Of a stretch of DNA of 54,330 nucleotides, positions 16,690 to 26,219 are shown piece after piece; within the stretch, counting starts at the first letter, position 1, and every line of letters begins with the position of its first letter. The DNA is taken from assembly GCA_040754655.1 (NCBI GenBank), contig JBFMCE010000009.1:1-54330 (forward strand), given 5' to 3'. The notes beneath the pieces are model-generated. The model searched no databases. It worked only from the letters and a program-made list of their open reading frames with translations, and was not told the DNA's origin. A program made the translations under genes and the position numbers. Origin of the DNA: Bdellovibrionota bacterium. Lineage in GTDB: Bacteria > Bdellovibrionota > UBA1018 > UBA923.

Positions 16690-19638
16690 TCAGCCGAGGC
16701 CTTGTTTAAGTTGCGAAGGCGGTTCAGCTTGAATGGGATGAGCTTTGAGCGGAAGCTCAACAATGAAAGTAGCGCCTCGGTCTAGTTCGCTTTCGACGCG
16801 AATTTCACCTTGGTGGGCTTTTACGATTTCGCGGGTGATGTAGAGACCGAGTCCAAGTCCGCTGATATTGTTCGATGAAATGGCGCGTTCAAAACGCTCA
16901 AAAATCTTCTCCTGATTTTCTTTGGCTATTCCAAGACCATGGTCACGCACGATGATCGTGGCCTTGCCTTGTGACTCGGAAATAGAAAGATCAATGGGTT
17001 TTCCCGACCCGTATTTCGTCGCGTTTGAAATGAGGTTTAGGATCACTTGTTCAATCCGAAATGGATCGCAGTAGGTATGCACAGATTGGTTGACGTTCAA
17101 GGAAATGGCGCTGCCCGATGCTCTAAGGTGCTCGGCATAACGATCAACCATGTCGGAAAGGAGTTGACCGAGGTCAACCCATTGAAGATTCAATGCAAGC
17201 TTTCCCGCTTCTATGCGTGAGACATCAAGCAGATCCTCGACTAGTTTGGAGAGCCGATTCACCTGGTTCGTCGAAACATCGAGCGCCTTTGCCAGTTTTT
17301 CGGCGGTGGGCACTAAGCCTCGTTCAGCATCTACGTTTCGTCTTGTCATTTGGAGCTGCAATTTCAACGAGGTGATCGGGGTTTTAAGTTCGTGGGAGGC
17401 GATTGAAAGAAATTCATCGCGAATTTGGATCGCTTTTTGAGCTTCTTCGTAAAGAAGCGCGTTTTCAATGGAGATCGCAGCCCTTCTTCCAAGTTCCTCG
17501 ACCAATGCAAGGTCTTCAGGGCCATAAGGTTCGTGAATGACCTCTCTTGCCAAGGCGATCGCACCGTAAAGTCGATTTCTCGAAAGGATGGGAACGACGA
17601 TGCCAGACCATGTAAGAAGGTCATCGGGCTTGTCCCGTTCAGGCTTCGTGGGGTCAAATCGAACGAGAAGCCGGGGGGTGCGGCTCTTGATGACTTTGTG
17701 CACCGAGAGAGCATCGTGAAGGTTCGCATGAGATGGGTTGCGCAGAAAAGTCACCGATGGTGGCACTATCCGCTGGTCTTTATAAATTTGCACGACTTCT
17801 TCAAGAGACTGGCCGTCGGGTTTGAGCATCACGATCGAACACCAATCCGCAAGACTCGAGACGTTGAGCTTGGCGAGCTTTGGCAACGTGTCGTGGTAAT
17901 CGAGCGAAGTTGCGAGAACGGTGCTTGCTTCGGCGAGAAAAGACGTGCGGTGCGCGGCAAGTTCCCTTTCTTCGACGGCTGCTTGTTCACGAATCAGTTG
18001 CAACCGCTCTGCTTCAGCCTCTTTTTTTTCAGTGATGTCTTCAGAAATTCCGAGCAAATATTCAGGCACCCCCGACGAGTCGTATACGGGAATTTTTTTC
18101 GTATGAAGGAGCCGAACGCCGAATTTCGTTTGGATAGACTCCTCGGGGATGTCGATGATTTCATGTCCGCCAAGGACGGCCCGATCCTTCGCGGTGAAAA
18201 AGTTCGCCTGTTCCACTGGGAAAAAATCGTAATCATTCTTGCCTAAAAGCTCAGAACGCTTGAATCCGAGGAGGTTTTCTCCTGCTTTATTGAACCTAAC
18301 GAAGCGCAACTCCTTGGCGTCTTTTACAAAGACCATGTTCGGAAGGTTTTCAATGAGCGAATCCAAGAACTCACGCGACTTTGAAAGCTCGGCCGTTCTC
18401 TGTTCCACCATGCTTTCAAAATAAGAGGCCGTGTCTTCTAAAATTTCTTGGGCTTGCTTTTGAGCCGTGATGTCGGTGCTTATGCCCGACACTCGTAGAA
18501 GATCGCCGCTTTGATCGAAAAATGGCCGTCCTTTCCCTAAAAGCCAGTGTATCGACTTGTCCTTCCATTGAACTCGGTGCTCGGTCTCATAGGACTGCTT
18601 ATTGGTTATCGCCCTTGAAACAACCTCAGCAACAGCCCTGCGGTCTTCCGGAAATATGGTTTTGAGGTAGTCATCAAAGTTTTTGGGGGCTTGTTCCGGT
18701 GTTAGGTCGAATAGAGGCAAGATCTGGCTTGACCAATGAAGCACGTTCGATTGAGCATCCCAATCCCATGTCCCCATTTTGCCGGCGGCAAGCGCGTTTT
18801 CGAGGCTCTCACGGCTTTTCTGTAGTTCAAGCTCTGACCGATTACGATCTGAAACGTCTTGAACTAAGACGATGAACCCGCGCACGGTCCCGCCTTCATC
18901 GAAGTCAGGCATGTATGACGCGTGGATGAATCGCGTTCCTCCGGATTGGTAAGGAGCTTCAGTTTCAAATTCCACGAAATTACCTGAAAGCGCCGCTTTT
19001 ATTTTTGGTTCAAGAAGGGCATAGGCCGCATCGCCAAGAACCTCGCGCATCGTTTTTCCACGTACTTCTTTTCTGCCGCGTCCGAACCATTTCTCGTAGG
19101 CCTGATTGTTGAACTGATAGCGTTCCTCGGTATCCACGTACGAGACCAGGGCTGGCAGGGCATCGATGATGAAACGAAACAGATTTTCGCTTCTTTGAGA
19201 ATTGCGGGCAAGCCTTGAGTTTTGGGCGTGAAAGGACTCTTTTCGGTGGCGATGCAGCTCGATAAGGGTTGAAACTTTGAACCTAAGAAGCCTTTCATCC
19301 ATTGGCCGATGGATCAGGTCGACTGCGTCAAAACGCAACGCCGATTCAACAAACGAGGCGTTGGTGCGAGCAACATCTAAAAATAGGATCGGCAAGATGC
19401 CTGGAGAAGGCGTTTGAGCCCTGATTTTTTCCGCCAGCTCAAGGACCAGTTTTTCATTTGATGAGACTTTTATAACGACAAGGGCAAACTCGTTCATTTT
19501 GAGGGTATGGAGGGCTTCTTGCTCAGTATGGGCTTCGCTGATCTCGAGATGAGGGTCTGCAAAGACCTCGTCAAGCCGTGACGGGATTTTGGCGTCGAAG
19601 TCGACCAGAAGAATGTTGGCCTTTTGCGTACCAACCAA
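16690..19638 (-). CDS. cytoplasmic sensor histidine kinase: pseudo-receiver, three PAS, GAF, HisKA-HATPase
   Basis: NILLVDFD receiver-like start, three PAS/PAC repeats, LADWC GAF motif, FLSIASHELKTP H-box, NLISNATKY, DHGLGI, GLGLGLYI. Confidence 0.92.
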   Translation of the reverse strand: MVGTQKANILLVDFDAKIPSRLDEVFADPHLEISEAHTEQEALHTLKMNEFALVVIKVSSNEKLVLELAEKIRAQTPSPGILPILFLDVARTNASFVESALRFDAVDLIHRPMDERLLRFKVSTLIELHRHRKESFHAQNSRLARNSQRSENLFRFIIDALPALVSYVDTEERYQFNNQAYEKWFGRGRKEVRGKTMREVLGDAAYALLEPKIKAALSGNFVEFETEAPYQSGGTRFIHASYMPDFDEGGTVRGFIVLVQDVSDRNRSELELQKSRESLENALAAGKMGTWDWDAQSNVLHWSSQILPLFDLTPEQAPKNFDDYLKTIFPEDRRAVAEVVSRAITNKQSYETEHRVQWKDKSIHWLLGKGRPFFDQSGDLLRVSGISTDITAQKQAQEILEDTASYFESMVEQRTAELSKSREFLDSLIENLPNMVFVKDAKELRFVRFNKAGENLLGFKRSELLGKNDYDFFPVEQANFFTAKDRAVLGGHEIIDIPEESIQTKFGVRLLHTKKIPVYDSSGVPEYLLGISEDITEKKEAEAERLQLIREQAAVEERELAAHRTSFLAEASTVLATSLDYHDTLPKLAKLNVSSLADWCSIVMLKPDGQSLEEVVQIYKDQRIVPPSVTFLRNPSHANLHDALSVHKVIKSRTPRLLVRFDPTKPERDKPDDLLTWSGIVVPILSRNRLYGAIALAREVIHEPYGPEDLALVEELGRRAAISIENALLYEEAQKAIQIRDEFLSIASHELKTPITSLKLQLQMTRRNVDAERGLVPTAEKLAKALDVSTNQVNRLSKLVEDLLDVSRIEAGKLALNLQWVDLGQLLSDMVDRYAEHLRASGSAISLNVNQSVHTYCDPFRIEQVILNLISNATKYGSGKPIDLSISESQGKATIIVRDHGLGIAKENQEKIFERFERAISSNNISGLGLGLYITREIVKAHQGEIRVESELDRGATFIVELPLKAHPIQAEPPSQLKQGLG

Positions 19639-19811
19639 CTAGCAGGTCCCCTGCATTTTATTGCTCATCCTAGTTCATATACCCAGATTCGATATCTTCG
19701 TCTACTAAACGCGCGGCTTTGGGACGGGCTTTGACCATTGCTTTGCAATGCTTGCAATTTGCAATGAAAGACTGGGTAATAAATTATTAGTATTTACATG
19801 GGTGATCCGTT

Positions 19812-20420
19812 TCAGGCTGCGTCACTGAAGTACCGGTACCGCTCCTTTTCGCGGTTGCGAACCAGCCTGGCGAGCTGCAACGCGGTCAAGGTCAGGCCCG
19901 CGACCAAAAGCAGCTCTTTCGGGAATCTGCTCGTGACGTCAGAGCGGTGCTGGCCCATTCTTGAACGCAAGCCATGACGCTTCCATTCAGCACTCAGCCC
20001 CATTTCTGAAAAGACGTTGCCAGGACGGCCAAAGAACAATTCCCTGACGAAGCTTTCCGCAACGTCCACGCGGTCGGCGAAAAGAAGAATCAGCCAGTGG
20101 GCCATGCGTCCCTCGCTGTACTTGTAGGCGAACTTGCGAATCACGCCGCTTAACCCTCTTGGCGGGCAAACTGTTCCAAATACCGGCGTCAAGAACTTGT
20201 GTTCCGTTGATCTTTCCCGCTCATAGCGAGGCGTTTGCCTTTCAGGAAAGATCCAATGCGCTCCTGTGCCGCTCGGAGGCGCCTTCTCCTTTGGAACCGC
20301 GGGCCTAAGCGCTAGATCAAGATCGGCGCCCCAGCCCTGGATGCGAGCTTCAAGCGCTTTTCGATCAAGCTTGGGGCTATTTGTTTTTTCAGCGGTGTAA
20401 GCCATGATTTTCTCCTTCAT
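19812..20420 (-). CDS. conserved hypothetical protein co-transcribed with the Zn-dependent dehydrogenase
   Basis: GWGADLD...RPAVPKE, TGAHW.FPERQ, LTPVFGT..P.RGLSG, YSEG..AHWL.L..ADRVD; 2-nt gap to the upstream gene. Confidence 0.75.
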   Translation of the reverse strand: MKEKIMAYTAEKTNSPKLDRKALEARIQGWGADLDLALRPAVPKEKAPPSGTGAHWIFPERQTPRYERERSTEHKFLTPVFGTVCPPRGLSGVIRKFAYKYSEGRMAHWLILLFADRVDVAESFVRELFFGRPGNVFSEMGLSAEWKRHGLRSRMGQHRSDVTSRFPKELLLVAGLTLTALQLARLVRNREKERYRYFSDAA

Positions 20421-20422
20421 CT

Positions 20423-21577
20423 TTAAGCTGCGAGTTTGCTTGGAACTAAAACCGTCTTGATGCAGTTGTCGAGTTTGCTTGAGAACATATGGTAAGCCGA
20501 CGAGACTTCCTCAAGGGGAACTCGGTGGGTGATGATCTCCTTCGGGTTTAGCCTTCCTGCTTGAATGTGTTCGATCAAGCGGGGCAAGTGTCGCTTCACG
20601 CTGGCTTGATTGGCGCGGATGGTAAGGCCCTTATTGAGAACATTCCCGATAGGAACCATGTTGAAGGTAGGCCCATAGACTCCGACCAGTGAGACATTCC
20701 CGGCCTTGCGCACCGAATTGATGGCCCAGTAGACCGCTGTCGCCGCGCCAGCCTGAACTTTAAGTTTTATACCCGTGAGAGACTGTAGAAAGCTTCCTTC
20801 CGCTTCGGCTCCGACTGCATCAATGCAGACATCAGGACCGAGGTAATCGGTGATTTTTTTAAGGTGCAATACGATGTCATCGACTTGGGTGAAATTGATC
20901 GTTTCGCACTGAGCGTAGTTTCGCACGAATTCGAGCCTGTAGTCGAGATGGTCGATGACGATCACTCGGCCCGCGCCCATGAGCCAGGCCGATTTTGCGG
21001 CGAAGATTCCGATGGGCCCAGCGCCAAACACCACAACGGTGTCATTCTCTTTGATGTCGCCCATTTCCGCCGCTTGGTAACCTGTTGGGCAGGCATCAGT
21101 AAGCAGGAGTGCGTCGTCTTCATGCAATCCTTGAGGAATTTTCATCGGGCCCACGTCGGCAAAAGGCACTCGCACATACTCAGCTTGCCCTCCGTCGTAG
21201 CCTCCTGTCGTGTGTGAGTAGCCGTAGATTCCCCCGATGGCGCTCGCGTTGGGATTGACGTTGTGACAGTTGCTGTAGAGTTCTCTTGAACAAAAAAAAC
21301 AGCTGCCGCAACTGATGTTGAATGGGACAAGAACCGGGTCGCCTGGCTTCAGGTTTTGAACCGATGGACCAACTTCTTCAACAACGCCTGTGAATTCGTG
21401 GCCAAACGTCATGCCGACACGGGTGTCTGGCACAAGGCCATGGTAAAGATGCAGGTCTGACCCGCAAATCGCGGCTCGAGTGACGCGAACGATAGCGTCA
21501 TTAGGATGTTCTATTTCAGGAGTCGGCTTATTTTCCAATCGAACCCGGTAAGGGCCGCGGTAAGTCATTGCGCGCAT
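20423..21577 (-). CDS. zinc-dependent alcohol dehydrogenase (formaldehyde dehydrogenase-like, YbdR type)
   Basis: ICGSDLH, GHE, CGSCFFC.....NC structural Zn site, GGQAEYVRVP, GAGPIG; ATG 21577 with AAGGAG RBS. Confidence 0.92.
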   Translation of the reverse strand: MRAMTYRGPYRVRLENKPTPEIEHPNDAIVRVTRAAICGSDLHLYHGLVPDTRVGMTFGHEFTGVVEEVGPSVQNLKPGDPVLVPFNISCGSCFFCSRELYSNCHNVNPNASAIGGIYGYSHTTGGYDGGQAEYVRVPFADVGPMKIPQGLHEDDALLLTDACPTGYQAAEMGDIKENDTVVVFGAGPIGIFAAKSAWLMGAGRVIVIDHLDYRLEFVRNYAQCETINFTQVDDIVLHLKKITDYLGPDVCIDAVGAEAEGSFLQSLTGIKLKVQAGAATAVYWAINSVRKAGNVSLVGVYGPTFNMVPIGNVLNKGLTIRANQASVKRHLPRLIEHIQAGRLNPKEIITHRVPLEEVSSAYHMFSSKLDNCIKTVLVPSKLAA

Positions 21578-21616
21578 AAAAGTTCTCCTTGAAAGTTTTT
21601 GAATTCCCGCTGTTAG

Positions 21617-21632
21617 TGCAAGGGTTGTTCCG
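21617..21632 (-). promoter_or_regulatory. sigma54-type promoter of the dehydrogenase operon
   Basis: Minus strand CGGAAC-AACCC-TTGCA (GG-N10-GC), about 40 nt upstream of the start. Confidence 0.55.
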
Positions 21633-21707
21633 GCGCGTTCGATGGCGGATTCCCGAACGGCCGTGCTTGGGGTTGAGTTGAGTCTAGTATTTGCATCGCT
21701 CGTTCGT

Positions 21708-22643
21708 ATGCCTGAAATCCATACTTCAACGCCTCGCAAGAAGTTTCGCCCTTATCGATTCATCAGTGAGCAAGAGGCAAAGAGCATTCGTCGACGAAGA
21801 CGGATGATCATGGCTTTGGTCGCGGGTGTCCTTTTTTTGGCGGCAGCCGCGTATGGTTATCTGCGCTACAGTTCATTCTTTGAGAAGACCGCCAGTGCCA
21901 GGCTTGCTACCCGCGCCATATCCTTAACGGCGAAAGTGAATGGCAAAGTGCAAAAAGTCTGGGTCAAAGAGACTGACGAAGTCAAGGCTGGTGAGCCGCT
22001 TGTGCAAATTGATCCTGGTGAATTTCAAGCTGAATTAGAGCAGCGACAGCAAGAGCTTAAAAAGAGGGAAGACCAGCTTGCCGGCGGAAAAGTGCATTTG
22101 AGCCGGCTCGAGGAAAAGGCTGGGAGCAGCGATGAAGCTCGCAAGCAGTACGAAGATGCCCGCTCTTGGTACTTGCGGCAACAAACAAAAACGCAGGAAT
22201 TGCGCGCCGGAGTAGCCGAAGCCAAGGAAGAGCTCGATGCCACTTTGATCAAGGCTCCGGCTGACGGCCACATCGCCAAGACAAAAGTCGACGTTGGCAG
22301 CCCCGTTTCGACGGAACAACCTCTTCTCGAGTTTGTCGGGGTAGGCCTGCCTTGGTTGATCGCCGATTTCAGGGAAGTGCAGCTTGAAAAAATGAAGGTG
22401 GGTCAACGCGCTGAGATCACCGTTGATGGCATCAACAAGACGTTTAACGGAAAGGTAGAGAGCCTTCCGGAAGTACAGGCCTCGCAAACGCCTCAATCAA
22501 AGATAGGGAAGCTTGTCGCGCGTTATTGGGGCGATGGCGCGCGCAAATCGGTTCGGATCAGTTTTGACGCGAAGTCTGTCGAAAACGATATTAATCGAAT
22601 GGTGAATGGGGCATCGGCCGAGGCGAAAGTGTACATCAAATAA
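21708..22643 (+). CDS. HlyD/EmrA-like periplasmic adaptor (membrane fusion) protein
   Basis: Basic patch plus TM helix, KVNGKV.KV.V....VKAGEPLVQIDP lipoyl half, coiled coil, IKAPADG.I, ADFREVQL.KMKVGQ; start at ATG 21708 inferred. Confidence 0.85.
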   Translation: MPEIHTSTPRKKFRPYRFISEQEAKSIRRRRRMIMALVAGVLFLAAAAYGYLRYSSFFEKTASARLATRAISLTAKVNGKVQKVWVKETDEVKAGEPLVQIDPGEFQAELEQRQQELKKREDQLAGGKVHLSRLEEKAGSSDEARKQYEDARSWYLRQQTKTQELRAGVAEAKEELDATLIKAPADGHIAKTKVDVGSPVSTEQPLLEFVGVGLPWLIADFREVQLEKMKVGQRAEITVDGINKTFNGKVESLPEVQASQTPQSKIGKLVARYWGDGARKSVRISFDAKSVENDINRMVNGASAEAKVYIK

Positions 22644-22719
22644 TGACTGAGGCTTGCCTGGCGAGGACACCGCTGCTAGCTTTACGCCATTAACAATATC
22701 TTTATTGGGGGACGATAAG

Positions 22720-23316
22720 ATGAAGGCAATACTGTTTGCATTGCTTGCGTGCACGTTCATGAGCGCTTCGATTTTCGCGGATGACAAGGCCGCCGATGAC
22801 GCCAAGAAAAAAGAAATGATGGAAGCTTGGATGAAATACGCGACTCCGGGGGCGAATCACAAGGTTCTTGAGCCTATAGCCGGCAAATGGAAGTACACTT
22901 CAAAGTTCTGGGAAGCCCCGGAATCAAAGCCCCAAGAGTCTGGCGGTACCAGCACGATGAAGATGATTCTTGGTGGCCGTTTTCTGCAACATGACATCAA
23001 AGGCAAGGCCATGGGAATGCCGTTCCAAGGCCTGGGCTTTACTGGCTATGACAACATCAAAGGCACGTACGAGAGCATTTGGCTCGACAGCATGGGCACA
23101 GGTTTGATGCATGGCACGGGAAGCTTCGATAGCGCAACAAAGACGCTCAAAGATAGCGGTGAGTACACTTGTCCGATGTCAGACGATAAAAAATGCAAGT
23201 ACCGTTCTGAGTGGAAGATCGTCGATAAGAACAACATGCTCTATACCATGTGGGGTCCTGACCCTGAGGGCAAGGAATTCAAGCAAATGGAGATGGCTTT
23301 TAAACGAACAAAGTAA
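22720..23316 (+). CDS. DUF1579 family secreted protein
   Basis: Signal peptide, WMKYATPG..HK.L...AGKW, MILGGRFL, PFQGLGFTGYDN..G.YESIWLDSMGTG; GGGGG RBS. Confidence 0.88.
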   Translation: MKAILFALLACTFMSASIFADDKAADDAKKKEMMEAWMKYATPGANHKVLEPIAGKWKYTSKFWEAPESKPQESGGTSTMKMILGGRFLQHDIKGKAMGMPFQGLGFTGYDNIKGTYESIWLDSMGTGLMHGTGSFDSATKTLKDSGEYTCPMSDDKKCKYRSEWKIVDKNNMLYTMWGPDPEGKEFKQMEMAFKRTK

Positions 23317-23326
23317 ATGGTTTCGC

Positions 23327-23372
23327 GGGTGGAAGCCGCTTCAAACGGTACAAGCGTGCCTCCACCCATTTT
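23327..23372 (+). terminator. intrinsic terminator-like hairpin
   Basis: GGGTGGA..CGCTT...AAGCG..TCCACCC stem followed by ATTTTT, between convergent genes. Confidence 0.5.
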
Positions 23373-23377
23373 TAGAT

Positions 23378-24127
23378 TCATGTCGACTTTGGGATGAAAG
23401 CCTTGATGGAAAGGCTTTGTAGGAGCTCAACGACGTTTTTCCTGCAGCTCTCTTCCAAGAACATAAACTCAATGCCCAGGTTTCTTTGAGAAGGCCCCTC
23501 TGCAACCTCGCGGACCCAGCGAACAATGCCGTGGCCTGAAAGAAGGGGAATTTGGTGGCCTGGCGCTTCAATCTTAAAAGAAACGGGCTGATTGATCCCG
23601 ATTAAGCGTTCTTGGGTGTGCAAGCACATCCCTCCCTGGCCAAAACGAAGAGCTTTTGCTTGAACGGCGTCGCCGCGGTTTGAAAAAGCGAGATCAATCT
23701 TCAACGTATCGGCAGCTGCTTTGGGCTCGATAGAGAGTCTTTCAGTGAGCCCCATCAATACCCGCTCCACGTTTGCGATCAAGGCTTTTCGGTCAAAGGG
23801 CTTGCTCAGCACGACACTGGCTCCTTTGTCGTAAGCATCTTCCAAGGCCAAGTCGGTGAACCCCGTGATGAAGATAACCACTGGAGTATGCAAATTAAAG
23901 GTCTTGATATTGTCTAACAACTCTATGCCGGTGCCGTTTGGCATCCGAACGTCCGTGACGACCGCGTCTACGCGTTCGTTTTTGACGATCGTGAAAGCCT
24001 CAGTGCCATTGGGTGCTGATAATACGTGAAAACCGCGTCGCTTGAAATCAAAGACGATGGCGTCGCGAAGGGTGTTGTCATCGTCTACGACTAAAATGGT
24101 TTTTCCCTTGCTTGCGTTGTTGTTCAT
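23378..24127 (-). CDS. response regulator, REC plus degenerate PilZ-like domain
   Basis: ILVVDDD, TDVRMP, ITG, KPF; C-terminus FGQGGMCL...LSGHGIVRWVR...LGIEF typical of a PilZ barrel. Confidence 0.85.
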   Translation of the reverse strand: MNNNASKGKTILVVDDDNTLRDAIVFDFKRRGFHVLSAPNGTEAFTIVKNERVDAVVTDVRMPNGTGIELLDNIKTFNLHTPVVIFITGFTDLALEDAYDKGASVVLSKPFDRKALIANVERVLMGLTERLSIEPKAAADTLKIDLAFSNRGDAVQAKALRFGQGGMCLHTQERLIGINQPVSFKIEAPGHQIPLLSGHGIVRWVREVAEGPSQRNLGIEFMFLEESCRKNVVELLQSLSIKAFIPKST

Positions 24128-25062
24128 GCGGTCTTTCCTATGACTTTATCTATATCTTTGGGGAGATTCAGGATGAACTGAGTGTTTTTGCATTCAGGAT
24201 TAAGTATGAGATCGCCTTTATGATCCTTCAAGATGTTTTTTGAAATGCTCAGCCCAATACCGGTGCCCTTGCCAATCTCTTTGGTGGTAAAAAAGGGTTG
24301 AAAGATTTTTTCACGGATTTGAGCAGGAATTCCTGGTCCACTGTCCGTGATCTTGATTTCAATGTTTTGGCCCACCTCCTCGACTTCAACAGTGATCCAC
24401 TTCTCGTTCAGCGACACGACCGCGTCAAACGAGTTATTCAAGAGATTCACGATAACCTGGGCAAGCTGAGACGGCCGTCCCTTGAAAGTAATGCCTTCTG
24501 ATTTTACGTTAACGCTTAGTTTTACCCCGTGTAAACCAAACCGTTCCTGGCACAACGAAAGCACGTCATCGCAAAGCTGCTTGGCTTGAACCGAAACAAA
24601 GGGATCTGAGTTCGCATTTCTTGAAAAAGATCTTAGTCCGCTGACAATCTTCGCGATTCGAAAGGATGTGCTCTCAATCTTGTCCGCGTGCGCTTTAATT
24701 AGCGCCAGGTCGATGGGTTTCTCGTCAACCAAATCTTTAAGCTGAGAGGCCAGCGTTGAAATAGAGGCTAGAGGGGTATTGATTTCATGGGCGATACCGC
24801 CAGCCATTTCTCCCAGGGTAGACATTTTCGCGGAAGCAATTAGGCTTGCGCGTTGTTGCTCTCTGACTTTGTTTGACTCGAGCAATTCATTCGAACTCAG
24901 TTCCATCGAGCGCTCTAACAGGCGGCGGTCATCTTCGTCTTGCCAATAGGCATCGTTGACGTCGTTCAAGAAGTCGCGCAACGCCTTTTCCTGTGTCGAC
25001 AAAAGCTCAGACAGCTTGCGTTTTTTCAGTTGTCTAATCAGCAACTTATGCGGTGGCTTCAT
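24124..25062 (-). CDS. cytoplasmic histidine kinase (FIST-associated type)
   Basis: HKLLIRQLKK...VNDAY...R.LLERSMELSS.EL N-terminus typical of FIST partner kinases; AHEINTPL, NLLNNS, DSGPGI, KGTGIGLS. Confidence 0.92.
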   Translation of the reverse strand: MKPPHKLLIRQLKKRKLSELLSTQEKALRDFLNDVNDAYWQDEDDRRLLERSMELSSNELLESNKVREQQRASLIASAKMSTLGEMAGGIAHEINTPLASISTLASQLKDLVDEKPIDLALIKAHADKIESTSFRIAKIVSGLRSFSRNANSDPFVSVQAKQLCDDVLSLCQERFGLHGVKLSVNVKSEGITFKGRPSQLAQVIVNLLNNSFDAVVSLNEKWITVEVEEVGQNIEIKITDSGPGIPAQIREKIFQPFFTTKEIGKGTGIGLSISKNILKDHKGDLILNPECKNTQFILNLPKDIDKVIGKTA

Positions 25063-26197
25063 CCGTCTCCGACAGCGTTGTGATCGTCATTGTTTGATTA
25101 TGGAGCTCGCACTTCGCCGAAGGCGTGAAAGGTGAGATCTCTCCGTAAGAGTAAAAGCCAGTCATTGTCGCTTGTTCTCCAAGAACTTCCCTCACTCCTT
25201 CGATTTCTTCCTCTGTGCGTTGGCTCAAAACCAGTTTTCTTCCCACGCAGCTTATTAGCAGGGCAAATTGAGGCTTCGAGTTCATAACTGATTCCGAAAT
25301 CGTCTTTGCCGCGTTCGTGGCTCCTTCAATCAACCGATCAAAATTTGCTTTCATGAATCTGCCATAGCTTCCTTCCGGAATATCCCCCGCAAAGGTCATG
25401 CTTTGGTCTTTCTCGTCTATTCCCAAGATAGTCCTCACAATGCCTGATTTTGACTGGTCTGAACGCAGACAAAGCGGGAACAAGAGAGCGCTTCCCGGCA
25501 GGTTTTTGGCGTGATCTCCCAGATAGGTTTTATAAAGCTCGAGAGCAGAGTTCCCATCAAGTTCATACAAGACATTGCCTTTTGACTTCGTTACCAGGCG
25601 TTCAGGACCGAAGGGATCCCAGCCCCCTAAGGAAGCCGTACCTACTTGCAAATGACTTCCGTAAAGCCCGACGATTGCAACCGAGTCTTGAGAAACCACG
25701 TCTCCAGCAACGATGACTGTTTCCTTGAACCTCGCTTTGTCCCCGGCCAGTCCGCCGGTAATGGTAACTTGTGCGGGAAGTTTGCTGCTAAGCCCCTTTA
25801 CAAGCTCGCTGCCATTCACGTTGAGGCCGACTGATAAGACGAAAACATGCCGCAGATCCGCGTGGGGAATCGACGTAGCTAGTTTTTGACCGGCTTCGAA
25901 GCAATCGGTCACGCTTGAAAGGCTGACGGTCGCATTCTGGATCTTTGTTTTCGCGAATTGAATGGCCGTCGTTACGATAGAATCATCAAAGACATGGTTG
26001 CCTTGAATTTCTCCTGCAGTAGAACATCCGAAAAGGAATGCCCCCGGGTAACGGTTGGTTACGTCGGTGACAAGAGCTTTTTTTTTCAGAAGGCTGGTTT
26101 CACCAAAGATGAAAACCAAATCCGTCTTTCCGCTTAAAGAAGGAGAGTCTTGCGTCCAGCCGCTGTTTTTGTTCCAGGAACATTGTTCAAGTTTCAT
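25046..26197 (-). CDS. FIST domain (FIST_N + FIST_C) sensor protein, NosP-like
   Basis: GCSTAGEI, TGGLAGD..RF, GGWDPFGPER.VTKS.GNVLYELDG, ISCVGRK.VL, GFYSYGEI, CELHNQTMTIT. Confidence 0.93.
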   Translation of the reverse strand: MKLEQCSWNKNSGWTQDSPSLSGKTDLVFIFGETSLLKKKALVTDVTNRYPGAFLFGCSTAGEIQGNHVFDDSIVTTAIQFAKTKIQNATVSLSSVTDCFEAGQKLATSIPHADLRHVFVLSVGLNVNGSELVKGLSSKLPAQVTITGGLAGDKARFKETVIVAGDVVSQDSVAIVGLYGSHLQVGTASLGGWDPFGPERLVTKSKGNVLYELDGNSALELYKTYLGDHAKNLPGSALLFPLCLRSDQSKSGIVRTILGIDEKDQSMTFAGDIPEGSYGRFMKANFDRLIEGATNAAKTISESVMNSKPQFALLISCVGRKLVLSQRTEEEIEGVREVLGEQATMTGFYSYGEISPFTPSAKCELHNQTMTITTLSETDEATA

Positions 26198-26219
26198 TGC
26201 TAGTCCTTCTTCGTTTGCT

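Noticed and set aside
17425..18246. 273-aa plus-strand ORF
   Set aside because: Antisense shadow of the large histidine kinase; no recognisable motifs
21578..21739. Upstream extensions of the dehydrogenase and HlyD ORFs that make them overlap
   Set aside because: The RBS, sigma54 motif and family homology support a start at 21577, and ~21708 is inferred for HlyD
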